Shown here: positions 1 to 9,518 of the stretch, piece by piece
Layout of the letters: every line of letters begins with the position of its first letter
How positions within the stretch are numbered: position 1 is the first letter of the stretch
Origin: an uncultured virus (IMG/VR IMGVR_UViG_3300022752_000051)
Taxonomy: Duplodnaviria > Heunggongvirae > Uroviricota > Caudoviricetes
Direction: 5' to 3' (one strand)
IMG/VR virus record: IMGVR_UViG_3300022752_000051
DNA length: 64,000 nucleotides
The notes under the pieces: generated by a model
Told to the model about the DNA's origin: nothing
Seen by the model: only the letters and a program-made list of their open reading frames with translations
Database searches by the model: none
Program-made: the position numbers and the translations under genes

Positions 1-3000
1 AGTGGTAGTAGTGGGACATCAGGGTCATCAGGCTCAAGTGGAACAAGTGGTTCATCAGGTACATCAGGAAGTTCAGGAACATCAGGATCATCAGGTACCT
101 CAGGTTCTAGTGGAACGAGTGGTTCTTCAGGAAGTTCAGGAACATCAGGTTCATCAGGTACTTCAGGTTCTAGTGGAACAAGTGGTTCATCGGGAAGTTC
201 AGGAACATCAGGCTCAAGTGGTAGTAGTGGGACATCAGGGTCATCAGGCTCAAGTGGAACAAGTGGTTCATCGGGAAGTTCAGGAACATCAGGTTCAAGT
301 GGTAGTAGTGGTATAAGTGGTTCATCAGGAAGTTCAGGAACATCAGGCTCAAGTGGTAGTAGTGGAACAAGTGGTTCATCGGGAAGTTCAGGAACATCAG
401 GGTCATCAGGCTCAAGTGGAACAAGTGGTTCTTCAGGAAGTTCAGGAACATCAGGTTCAAGTGGTAGTAGTGGAACAAGTGGTTCATCGGGAAGTTCAGG
501 AACATCAGGGTCATCAGGCTCAAGTGGAACAAGTGGTTCTTCAGGAAGTTCAGGAACATCAGGTTCAAGTGGTAGTAGTGGAACAAGTGGTTCATCGGGA
601 AGTTCAGGAACATCAGGGTCATCAGGCTCAAGTGGAACAAGTGGTTCATCGGGAAGTTCAGGAACATCAGGGTCATCAGGCTCAAGTGGAACAAGTGGTT
701 CTTCAGGAAGTTCAGGAACATCAGGTTCAAGTGGTAGTAGTGGTACATCAGGTTCATCAGGATCTAGTGGTACAAGTGGTTCATCGGGAAGTTCAGGAAC
801 ATCAGGTTCATCAGGCTCAAGTGGTACAAGTGGTTCATCAGGAAGTTCAGGAACATCAGGTTCATCAGGTTCTTCAGGCTCAAGTGGAACTTCAGGAGTT
901 GCAGGGGCATCTGGTACATCAGGTTCTTCGGGAAGTTCAGGAACATCAGGGTCTTCAGGTTCTAGTGGAACAAGTGGTTCATCAGGTACTTCGGGTTCTA
1001 GTGGAACAAGTGGGTCATCAGGTACTTCAGGTTCAAGTGGAACAAGTGGTTCTTCAGGAAGTTCAGGTTCAAGTGGAACAAGTGGCTCATCAGGTACTTC
1101 AGGTTCATCAGGTACTTCAGGTTCTAGTGGAACAAGTGGGTCATCAGGTACTTCAGGTTCAAGTGGAACAAGTGGTTCTTCAGGAAGTTCAGGTTCAAGT
1201 GGAACAAGTGGCTCATCAGGTACTTCAGGTTCAAGTGGAACAAGTGGTTCTTCAGGAAGTTCAGGAACATCAGGGTCATCAGGTTCTAGTGGAACAAGTG
1301 GCTCATCAGGAACCTCAGGTTCAAGTGGAACAAGCGGTTCATCGGGAAGTTCAGGAACATCAGGGTCGTCAGGTTCAAGTGGAACAAGTGGCTCTTCAGG
1401 AACCTCAGGTTCTAGTGGAACGAGTGGTTCTTCAGGAAGTTCAGGAACATCAGGCTCATCAGGTACTTCAGGTTCATCAGGTACTTCAGGTTCAAGTGGA
1501 ACAAGTGGTTCATCAGGTACTTCAGGTTCATCAGGTACTTCAGGTTCAAGTGGAACAAGTGGTTCTTCAGGAAGTTCAGGAACATCAGGCTCATCAGGTA
1601 CTTCAGGTTCATCAGGTACTTCAGGTTCAAGTGGAACAAGTGGTTCATCAGGTACTTCAGGTTCTTCAGGAACTTCAGGTTCAAGTGGAACAAGTGGTTC
1701 ATCAGGAAGTTCAGGAACATCAGGCTCAAGTGGTAGTAGTGGGACATCAGGGTCATCAGGCTCAAGTGGAACAAGTGGTTCATCAGGTACATCAGGAAGT
1801 TCAGGAACATCAGGATCATCAGGTACCTCAGGTTCAAGTGGAACAAGTGGTTCTTCAGGAAGTTCTGGTAAGTCAGGTTCTAGTGGAACAAGTGGTTCTT
1901 CAGGAACTTCAGGTTCTTCAGGAACTTCAGGTTCAAGTGGAACAAGTGGTTCTTCAGGAACATCAGGTTCAGCAATTATTAACAATAATGTGGACAATTT
2001 TGTACTTACAGCAACAGGTACTGCTGGAACAATACAAGGAGAACCAGCTTTACAATTCTCAAGTCCAACACTATCTTTCACAGGAACAGGTTCACCTACG
2101 TTAGGTGCTTCCCAAATTTATCTTAATGGTGGAACCTCTAATAGGATTGATTTCAATCAGAATGGAGCTGGAGCCCCCGCATTTACAACAAGAAGTGCGG
2201 GAACAAAAATAGCTTTGTATCCAAATATTAGCGCAAGTACTGTTGATATCGGTTTAGGTTATATGGCCGATGGAGGAGCACCTAGTATGTGGTATTCAAT
2301 ACTAAGTCCAACTTCAAATGGTGCTTTTTATTGGTATGCAGGTACGACTCAAATTATGGCTTTGGTCAATTTAGCGGCGGGAACAAGAAGATTGGATTTA
2401 ACTGCAGGTACTTTAGCAAATCCTGCTATTTCGGCAGGATTGAATTCGTCAGATACTAACACTGGAATTTATTTTCCATTAGCAGACACGATTGGATTTG
2501 TTGAAGGTGGGGCTGAAGCTATGCGAATTGATTCTAATGGTAGAATCAACCTCTTAGCAGGAACAATCGCAAATCCAATATTGAACGCAGGGTTAAACTC
2601 AACTGATACAGACACAGGTCTTTATTTTCCTGCCGCAAACTCATTAGGTTTTGTAACAGGTGGTATTGAAATTATCAGATTAAGTGGTAACACCACTTCA
2701 TTTTCAGGTGGAACAGTATCGTTACCTTCAATCAATGCTGGTTTGAACTCTAACGATACGAATACTGGAATTTACTTCCCATCTAGTGATACGATAGGAT
2801 TTGTAACAAGTGGTACTTCTAGATCTATAATTAACAATACAGGTTTTGGTATCCAAACAACACCATCCGCTTGGATTCATCTCAGCTCCTCACCTATACT
2901 TTCAAATTGGATAAGATTCGATGCAGCTAGAAATGCAAATGTACCACCAGAAAATAATGCAGGTGCTCCTGATACGGGTATAGGCACTCTTGGTGCTATT

Positions 3001-3102
3001 AATAAATACTTACAGGAACCTGATGTCTGGATGGAAGTAATTTTAGATTCCGCAGGAAAAGGAGGAGCGGTAGTCCTAATCCCTTGTTATTTACCCGGAT
3101 AG
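1..3102 (+). CDS. 5'-truncated collagen-like (Gly-X-Ser)n fibre protein with C-terminal tail-fibre-type repeats (>1033 aa)
   Basis: Frame +1 reads SGSSGTSGSSGSSGTS... from base 1 with no stop seen, and runs in frame into the track ORF 1990..3102. The C-terminus has three copies of (A/G)GT.ANP.I.AGLNS.DT(N/D)TG(I/L)YFP..(D/N)(T/S)(I/L)GFV, typical of phage fibre repeats. Confidence 0.85.
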   Translation, partial: SGSSGTSGSSGSSGTSGSSGTSGSSGTSGSSGTSGSSGTSGSSGSSGTSGSSGTSGSSGTSGSSGSSGTSGSSGSSGTSGSSGSSGTSGSSGSSGTSGSSGSSGISGSSGSSGTSGSSGSSGTSGSSGSSGTSGSSGSSGTSGSSGSSGTSGSSGSSGTSGSSGSSGTSGSSGSSGTSGSSGSSGTSGSSGSSGTSGSSGSSGTSGSSGSSGTSGSSGSSGTSGSSGSSGTSGSSGSSGTSGSSGSSGTSGSSGSSGTSGSSGSSGTSGSSGSSGTSGSSGSSGTSGSSGSSGSSGTSGVAGASGTSGSSGSSGTSGSSGSSGTSGSSGTSGSSGTSGSSGTSGSSGTSGSSGSSGSSGTSGSSGTSGSSGTSGSSGTSGSSGTSGSSGTSGSSGSSGSSGTSGSSGTSGSSGTSGSSGSSGTSGSSGSSGTSGSSGTSGSSGTSGSSGSSGTSGSSGSSGTSGSSGTSGSSGTSGSSGSSGTSGSSGTSGSSGTSGSSGTSGSSGTSGSSGTSGSSGTSGSSGSSGTSGSSGTSGSSGTSGSSGTSGSSGTSGSSGTSGSSGTSGSSGSSGTSGSSGSSGTSGSSGSSGTSGSSGTSGSSGTSGSSGTSGSSGTSGSSGSSGKSGSSGTSGSSGTSGSSGTSGSSGTSGSSGTSGSAIINNNVDNFVLTATGTAGTIQGEPALQFSSPTLSFTGTGSPTLGASQIYLNGGTSNRIDFNQNGAGAPAFTTRSAGTKIALYPNISASTVDIGLGYMADGGAPSMWYSILSPTSNGAFYWYAGTTQIMALVNLAAGTRRLDLTAGTLANPAISAGLNSSDTNTGIYFPLADTIGFVEGGAEAMRIDSNGRINLLAGTIANPILNAGLNSTDTDTGLYFPAANSLGFVTGGIEIIRLSGNTTSFSGGTVSLPSINAGLNSNDTNTGIYFPSSDTIGFVTSGTSRSIINNTGFGIQTTPSAWIHLSSSPILSNWIRFDAARNANVPPENNAGAPDTGIGTLGAINKYLQEPDVWMEVILDSAGKGGAVVLIPCYLPG
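4..1971 (+). repeat. 9-bp-period coding tandem repeat, about 218 Gly-X-Y triplets (almost all GSS/GTS)
   Basis: Units such as ggttcatca, ggaacatca and ggaacaagt. Higher-order copies include a 108-bp unit at 355/463/571. Confidence 0.95.
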
Positions 3103-3104
3103 AT

Positions 3105-3662
3105 ATGATAACAGACCCAAAAATAATTGAAAAAATTAAAAATAGTAATGCACGAATTATAAGTGTAAAGGTAGAGGATTTTCAGAAAATGATTCATAAG
3201 GTACATACAATTTCGGGTATGAATGACATTGATATGAATATTACAAGTGAAAGTTACAATAACCAATACAAAATAGAACCACCACCTTTTATAGAGGTTC
3301 CTAAAAAAATAGAAGTCAAATTATCTCATGGTAAGGGTATGGGAGTTTTTGCGGTAGAAAAGATATTGTCAGGAGAAATAATAGAAACTTGTTCACTCAT
3401 TACCCTTCCGAAAGATGGAGATGTCCTCACTGATTATCGTTTTCTTTATCCAAAAAATACTATGAACGAATTTGTAATACCACTTGGTTATGGATGTATT
3501 TATAATCATTCAGATAAACCAAACGCGACTTGGGTAAATCATCCAGAATATAAAGCTTTTAATTTTATTGCAATCAAGGACATAGAAATAAATGAAGAAA
3601 TATGTACATACTATGGAGGAGAATTATATTGGAATTCGAGACAAAACATAAAAGTAATTTGA
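3105..3662 (+). CDS. SET-domain protein-lysine methyltransferase
   Basis: Motifs HGKGMGVFA, GYGCIYNHSDKPNA and DIEINEEICTYYG. ATG at 3105 lies 2 nt after the fibre stop. Confidence 0.9.
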   Translation: MITDPKIIEKIKNSNARIISVKVEDFQKMIHKVHTISGMNDIDMNITSESYNNQYKIEPPPFIEVPKKIEVKLSHGKGMGVFAVEKILSGEIIETCSLITLPKDGDVLTDYRFLYPKNTMNEFVIPLGYGCIYNHSDKPNATWVNHPEYKAFNFIAIKDIEINEEICTYYGGELYWNSRQNIKVI

Positions 3663-3669
3663 AAATAAT

Positions 3670-3960
3670 ATGGCAATACAAGTAACAGGTTTATTTAGAA
3701 ACCCAACATCAAATTTGATTCATGAATCACCTTCTTTGAAACTAATACCAATACTATCTTTTAAAGGTCAATTGGATTTAGATGTTCACATTAATAATTT
3801 TGGGATAGACACTATTGTTTACAAAAATATTGATAGAACTTTGTTACAATACGATAATAATATAATGGATCCGTATGATAGATTAATTTCGGCTTTAGAG
3901 AATTATGTAATTGATAACTTAAAAACAAGAAATACAACGTCAACCTTTACAAAAGGTTAA
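3670..3960 (+). CDS. hypothetical protein
   Basis: 96-aa ORF, tightly packed in the operon. Confidence 0.7.
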   Translation: MAIQVTGLFRNPTSNLIHESPSLKLIPILSFKGQLDLDVHINNFGIDTIVYKNIDRTLLQYDNNIMDPYDRLISALENYVIDNLKTRNTTSTFTKG

Positions 3961-3980
3961 AAAAAAGTATTATTAAATTT

Positions 3981-4232
3981 ATGAAAGTTACACAAGAAGA
4001 GTTTGAAAAAATAAAAGAAATACGTCAACAAGGGGTTAATTTCATTAATGAATTCGGTAAATTGAAAATGGACGAATTAATAATTAAGAAAAGATCCGAA
4101 GATCTCATAAAAAAATATGATATATTTTCTGAAGAAGAAAAAAAGTTCTTCGATTTACTTGCTTACAAATATGGTAAAGTGAATATTGATATCGAAACAG
4201 GTGAAATTACTGAATACTTAGTTCAATCCTAA
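3981..4232 (+). CDS. small coiled-coil protein (possible fibre-associated chaperone)
   Basis: 83 aa, helical and charged, ending YGKVNIDIETGEI. Function inferred only from position. Confidence 0.6.
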   Translation: MKVTQEEFEKIKEIRQQGVNFINEFGKLKMDELIIKKRSEDLIKKYDIFSEEEKKFFDLLAYKYGKVNIDIETGEITEYLVQS

Positions 4233-6494
4233 TTTTTGAAAAACTTGTTTTGGGGTAATAGATCTTTGACACACGTGTTGTTTCTTAGTTCCTTTGTATA
4301 CAGGGCACCAATCCCAATCTGAGGGATCAAATGTAAAAACTTCATCATTCCAACAAAACACACAAGTATTATCGTTGTATATCCTAGTTGTGTTTGATGT
4401 GAATTCGTGACCTGGTCTAGCAAACCCATTTATCATATAGGTGTGTTTACCTAAAGCCCAATTGATCCAAGACAATCCTGATCCGAGACCTATAAATTTG
4501 TCGGCATGAAGCAGAAGTGTCATTACTTCTTGAAGTGATTTATTATTAAAATTGAATGTTTCAGGTATTTTGTATTCCTTTTGTGAAACAACAAAAATAT
4601 CGTAACCTTTTGATTTAATCATTTGTGCTAACTCACACCAATTCTCAAAGGACCATTCTTTACATCCTGCGGTCGCTTGTGGACCAAAAACTACATATTT
4701 TTTTTTGTGATATTTCTCATAGTTTTTTATATTGAGACCATAGTTTAGCTCAAAAAAGTTTAACCCAAGTATATCCGTAGCTGTTTGTTGAAGAGGAATT
4801 AAATTAACTTGATTTGGGTTTCTATCTTTATCCTCCCATAATCCATTCTTTTTAAACCAACCAATTCTATAAGCCGCATAACAATTATGAGTTTCACCTG
4901 GTTTTATAAATTGAATATTATTATAATAGTTCAATCCTTCGAATAAAAAGTTTTGAAAGGTAGATAACAAAACCTTACAATTATTTTTTTTCTGAAACTC
5001 TACAGCATAAGGAACCCAACCTATGGTATCACCTAGAGAACTTGATTCTAACGAAATTAAAATTGTTTTTCCCACGGGATCAAATCTATCAACAATTTCT
5101 CCATTTACTCTTATTCCCCACTCTACATAATATTTGATGGAACAAGCGCACCACATACCGTTCGAAATGGTTGTTGAATATTTAATTTCATTTGTTTTCA
5201 AATCTATAAACTCAACAAAATATTCCTCAGGACTTTGTCCGACAATCTCAACTCTTGGCCCATCCAAATATGTAACTAATATGTCATTTTTAATTGGGTT
5301 TTGTTTGAAATCTTTCATAAATTTATCTATAATATTCTTTGCTTTTCGACTAATATTTGACCAACTGAATTCATTTCTTATAATTTCGGATTCTTGTAGA
5401 GCTTTATTTTTATAAAATTCCCAATTATTGTATACATTCAACATTTTCAAACTCAAATCTGATTTGTCGGGTTCATAATAATTACCAACCGAACTATTGA
5501 AGTGATTATACGTGTTAGCGGATACGGGGCTTTCACCTAATATTTTTACGGGAATACCTTTACCTGATGCAAATTCCATCTGACCTGAACATTCAGAATA
5601 TATGGATGGAATACCACAAGCCATTGCCTCGATTAGTGGTAAATTCCATCCTTCACTTCGAGCACAGGATAGGAAGACATCACAAGATTTGAGTATTTTA
5701 ATGTAATCCTCTCGAGAAGGGAAATGTAAAATTTTTATTCTATCATCATTTATTCCAAAATGTTCTAATCTCTCTTCTGTGGTTGACATTCCATCATTAC
5801 TAAAAGGATTGTCAATAGAAACTATCAAATCAACCTTATCATTTTCGGAAAATGTTGTTAAAAATGTCTCGATAATTTCTTTTGTGAATTTTCTATAATC
5901 CCATCGACCAGCTAAGAAAAACTTAAAACGACCATCTTGAGTTAAATCACAATTTACAATTTCGGGAAAGAAAACCAACGGATCAATACCTTCAGGAACT
6001 ACTTTAACTTTGTCAGGGTCATATCCTTGATTGATTGAACATTGTCTTTGCCATTCAGACGGTACCCAAAGTTGATCAAATTCTTTTAACCTATCAAAAA
6101 AATGTTGTGGTTGGAGAGTCGATTCCCAAACATTATATGCGATTTTTGGCCCTATGTAATGATCGTAAAAAATATGATGATCCGTCTCACACAATACAAT
6201 ATTTAAATTGTGAAAAAAGTTTTTGTTTTCATTTGGATAAATTGGATAGTCTGATCTAGACCCATCGTTATTCCAAAGAATTTGTGAAAATAATAGTTTT
6301 CTGTCGGTGTCATTTAGATATGGCTCTCCGTCATGAGGGGTTTCATTGAAACCGTTCCAACTTGAACCTATGGTAAAATTTCTTACTTTTAATGAATAAT
6401 AATTTGATAATTCGCGAAAAAAATCTCGTGAATGTTGATTATAACCCGTATTTCCTATGTAGGAACAATGGGCAAATATTTTTGTGTCAGCCAT
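4218..6494 (-). CDS. two-domain glycosyltransferase: GT4-like + AAH/TibC (BAHT) autotransporter O-heptosyltransferase-like
   Basis: N-half has the GT4 motif RSEGWNLPLIEAMACGIP. C-half has SSSLGDTIGWVPY, FIGLGSGLSWINWALGK and the Cys cluster CVFCWND..FDPSDWDWCP...QHVCQRSIT. Confidence 0.85.
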   Translation of the reverse strand: MADTKIFAHCSYIGNTGYNQHSRDFFRELSNYYSLKVRNFTIGSSWNGFNETPHDGEPYLNDTDRKLLFSQILWNNDGSRSDYPIYPNENKNFFHNLNIVLCETDHHIFYDHYIGPKIAYNVWESTLQPQHFFDRLKEFDQLWVPSEWQRQCSINQGYDPDKVKVVPEGIDPLVFFPEIVNCDLTQDGRFKFFLAGRWDYRKFTKEIIETFLTTFSENDKVDLIVSIDNPFSNDGMSTTEERLEHFGINDDRIKILHFPSREDYIKILKSCDVFLSCARSEGWNLPLIEAMACGIPSIYSECSGQMEFASGKGIPVKILGESPVSANTYNHFNSSVGNYYEPDKSDLSLKMLNVYNNWEFYKNKALQESEIIRNEFSWSNISRKAKNIIDKFMKDFKQNPIKNDILVTYLDGPRVEIVGQSPEEYFVEFIDLKTNEIKYSTTISNGMWCACSIKYYVEWGIRVNGEIVDRFDPVGKTILISLESSSLGDTIGWVPYAVEFQKKNNCKVLLSTFQNFLFEGLNYYNNIQFIKPGETHNCYAAYRIGWFKKNGLWEDKDRNPNQVNLIPLQQTATDILGLNFFELNYGLNIKNYEKYHKKKYVVFGPQATAGCKEWSFENWCELAQMIKSKGYDIFVVSQKEYKIPETFNFNNKSLQEVMTLLLHADKFIGLGSGLSWINWALGKHTYMINGFARPGHEFTSNTTRIYNDNTCVFCWNDEVFTFDPSDWDWCPVYKGTKKQHVCQRSITPKQVFQKLGLN

Positions 6495-6542
6495 ATAATG
6501 TTGAAAATATTTAAAAAAATAGTATTATTTTAAGAAAAAAAA

Positions 6543-7496
6543 ATGATTGTTTTTACAAGATATTCAGAGGATTATTATACCATTTATTATAAAAATGTTT
6601 CTGACAAACCAATAGAGATAAAAATTTTAGGATTTGAACCTTATCAAAAAAATCCGCATTTTGAAAATAATTTAATATGTGAGCCGCATGTTGAATATTT
6701 TACACACATGGGTCATACAAATTTACAGGGTAGAAAAGTTTTAATTTATGATCGTAACACAAATGAATTATTAGCTCCGTTTGTTTTAGATGGACCAAAT
6801 TCATTGATGGATTATGAATATAAAAATTATATTCACGATATATTATCTGTAAGTGATTCGGCGGATCAAGGTGGAATTTTATTTTGTTTTTCTGAACATC
6901 ACCTACACCCTGAATATGAAAATTTTATAGATATCGAAAAAGGTGACATCGTTGTGGATGTTGGATTTAATTTTGGATTATATTCACTCAGAGCATTGCG
7001 AAGAGGTGCTAAAGAAATATGGGGATTTGAACCTAATCGAAGGATTTATCAAAAGTTAAAAGATCATTATCCTGATCAAGATAGAGTTCATTTGTATAAT
7101 TTTGCAGTATCAGATAAAAATGGGTTTGCAAGGTTTAAAGAAATTTCAGGGACATTGGGGGCTGGTATTTGTGATACACAAGATGATAATAGTGTTTTAG
7201 ATTATTATGATGTACGAATAATAAATTTATATGATTTTTTGATTTATCATAATATTCATCACATAGATCTATTGAAAATTGATTGTGAAGGCACCGAATA
7301 TGAAATTATTGAAAGTATTCCTGATGAATATTTTTCTAACATAAGGAAAATTCATATGGAATATCACATTAATACTGAAAGAAGATTACAAAATATTTTA
7401 GATAAGTTAAATCGAGTTGGATTTGAAATTACATTTGGGAATAATTCTTCAATAGATACTTGGATCGGCATGATTTATTGTAAAAAAAATGGCTAA
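6543..7496 (+). CDS. FkbM-family SAM-dependent methyltransferase
   Basis: Motifs VVDVGFNFGLYS, GFEPN and IDLLKIDCEGTEYEII. Confidence 0.9.
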   Translation: MIVFTRYSEDYYTIYYKNVSDKPIEIKILGFEPYQKNPHFENNLICEPHVEYFTHMGHTNLQGRKVLIYDRNTNELLAPFVLDGPNSLMDYEYKNYIHDILSVSDSADQGGILFCFSEHHLHPEYENFIDIEKGDIVVDVGFNFGLYSLRALRRGAKEIWGFEPNRRIYQKLKDHYPDQDRVHLYNFAVSDKNGFARFKEISGTLGAGICDTQDDNSVLDYYDVRIINLYDFLIYHNIHHIDLLKIDCEGTEYEIIESIPDEYFSNIRKIHMEYHINTERRLQNILDKLNRVGFEITFGNNSSIDTWIGMIYCKKNG

Positions 7497-8133
7497 CGGG
7501 GTTCATAAAATAACTGAAGAATTTGAAAAAGCTCTTTCTGATTATACAGGGGCTCCTTATGTTGTTTGTTTGGATAATATGAGTAACGCTCTGTTTTTAT
7601 CTCTGTATTATGAAAAAAATATAACAGGTTCGATTATTAGTGACACCATAGAAATACCTAATAGAACTTACCCTTCCGTACCTTGTGAAATTATTCACGC
7701 TGGACTAAAAGTAAAATTTTATCCAGTAAGTGGACAAACTATCAAAGGTGAATATCAATTGAAAGGTTCAAATGTATGGGACTGTGCTCTTAGGTTCACG
7801 GGAGATATGTATCGTAAAGGAACTCATCAATGTGTATCTTTCACAGGACCTTATAAACATTTCAAGTTATCTAAGGGAGGAGCAATCCTGACAGATAGTT
7901 TAGAGGCATATCATTGGTTTAAAAGAGCAAGATTTAGTGGAAGAAGAGAGTGTTCATATCATGATGATTATTTTGATATGCTTGGTTGGAATTTTTATAT
8001 GATGCCAGAATTAGCCACAAGAGGACTTCTACTTATGTCACAATTTTATAATTTAGATGGTACTAAAAAACAAATGGAAGATTTAGAATTACCATATCCA
8101 GATCTTTCAGAGTTTGAAATATATCGAAAATAA
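7489..8133 (+). CDS. compact DegT/DnrJ/EryC1/StrS-family PLP sugar aminotransferase
   Basis: Motifs EFEKALSDYTGAPYVV, TYPSVPCEIIHAG, SFTGPYKH...GGAILTD and GWNFYM. Only 214 aa. Confidence 0.8.
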   Translation: MANGVHKITEEFEKALSDYTGAPYVVCLDNMSNALFLSLYYEKNITGSIISDTIEIPNRTYPSVPCEIIHAGLKVKFYPVSGQTIKGEYQLKGSNVWDCALRFTGDMYRKGTHQCVSFTGPYKHFKLSKGGAILTDSLEAYHWFKRARFSGRRECSYHDDYFDMLGWNFYMMPELATRGLLLMSQFYNLDGTKKQMEDLELPYPDLSEFEIYRK

Positions 8134-9518
8134 TGAAAAATTTAGTATATTATTCAGTGGGTAATCACAGCTCTTATGCTGAAATGTTAAAATTATCTAT
8201 TCAAACTATTGATGAAAGTAATGATGATTTTATTGATATTCTAATTATAACTGATACTAAATTTTATGAAAAAAATCTATTAGATTTAAAAAGACCAAAT
8301 CTATTTTTTTATTTCATTGAAGAACCAAAAAATAATGATGAAATTTGTTTTAACAAATATATCATTTTTGATTGGGAAAAAATAGATGAATATTCGAAAG
8401 TTTTGTATTTTGATACTGACATTTTGATTAGTTATGACCTGACTAAGTTATTTGAAAAATGTAAATCTTCAGAAAAACTTTATGTTGTGGTCGAAGATTA
8501 TAGTATTGAAAATCATAAAAGAATTCAATTTGGATTTTCAGATTATAGTGAAAACCAAATTCAATCATTTTCAAATAACCAAATTTTTACTTTTAATGCT
8601 GGAAGTTTTTTATTCACAAATAATCAAATTATCAGACAACATTTCATTAATTTAAGAGAATTAATTCAGAATGGACTTGAGAATTATTGGACACATTTTA
8701 CAGATCAGTCATTTGTAAATTATTATTTCAATACTTTAAATGCGATTGATTATTCTGGATATCGAAAAGAAATTGATTTAGTCTACGTTGTAGACGCTAA
8801 TGTAAACAATCTGATCGATTTTAATCAAAAAATATTTCATTTTCTAATTTCAACTTACTGGGGAATTGATAAACTGGAAGTTATGAAGACTTTCTATGAA
8901 AGTAATCTTAAGTCAAGAAAAAAATATAAACGCGCACTTATTGGTGGCGGCGGTCATACAAGAGAAGTCATAGTACAAATGAATATTAATTTACCAATTT
9001 TTGTTGATGATGAATATTACGTTCAAAAAGAAGGTTATTATAGACTATCTGAATTAGATACTGATAAGTATGAAGTAATGGTATGTGTTGGTAATTCTGA
9101 GTTGAGAAAAAGAATTGTTGATAAACTACCGATCAATATTCGTTTTTTTTCTTTTATACATCCCACAGCTTTAATTATGAGTGATGATATCAAAATTGGT
9201 GATGGAAGTTTTATTGGTGCTTATTCAGTTCTTACTACAAACATACAAATTGGAAAACATTCTTTAATGAATAGATCTTGTCATATTGGACATGATAGTG
9301 TAGTTGGCGATTATTTGAGTATGATGCCAGGATCCATTATTTCTGGCAATGTTAAAGTTGGAGATCAAGTTTTTTTAGGAACAAATTCATCTATAAAGGA
9401 ACAAATAAACATTTGTGATAATGTCGTTATCGGTATGGGTGGTGTTGTTGTTGAAGATATTACTGAAAATGGAACATACGTAGGAGTACCAACAAAAAAA
9501 ATAATTTATGGTGGTTGA
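8133..9518 (+). CDS. GT-A (GT8-like) glycosyltransferase fused to NeuD/PglD-like sugar acetyltransferase
   Basis: N-half has KVLYFDTDIL, FNAGSF and TDQSFVNYYF. C-half has LIGGGGHTREV, IHPTA, HIGHDSVVG hexapeptide repeats and YVGVP. Confidence 0.85.
   Translation: MKNLVYYSVGNHSSYAEMLKLSIQTIDESNDDFIDILIITDTKFYEKNLLDLKRPNLFFYFIEEPKNNDEICFNKYIIFDWEKIDEYSKVLYFDTDILISYDLTKLFEKCKSSEKLYVVVEDYSIENHKRIQFGFSDYSENQIQSFSNNQIFTFNAGSFLFTNNQIIRQHFINLRELIQNGLENYWTHFTDQSFVNYYFNTLNAIDYSGYRKEIDLVYVVDANVNNLIDFNQKIFHFLISTYWGIDKLEVMKTFYESNLKSRKKYKRALIGGGGHTREVIVQMNINLPIFVDDEYYVQKEGYYRLSELDTDKYEVMVCVGNSELRKRIVDKLPINIRFFSFIHPTALIMSDDIKIGDGSFIGAYSVLTTNIQIGKHSLMNRSCHIGHDSVVGDYLSMMPGSIISGNVKVGDQVFLGTNSSIKEQINICDNVVIGMGGVVVEDITENGTYVGVPTKKIIYGG

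Noticed and set aside
1..1971. CRISPR-like array
   Set aside because: The repeats are contiguous coding triplets with no unique spacers, and no cas genes are present.
2..2104. Long Q/V/E/H-rich plus-strand ORFs and L/M/N/H-rich minus-strand ORFs
   Set aside because: They are shadow frames of the 9-bp repeat. Frame +1 keeps Gly periodicity and joins the globular C-terminus.
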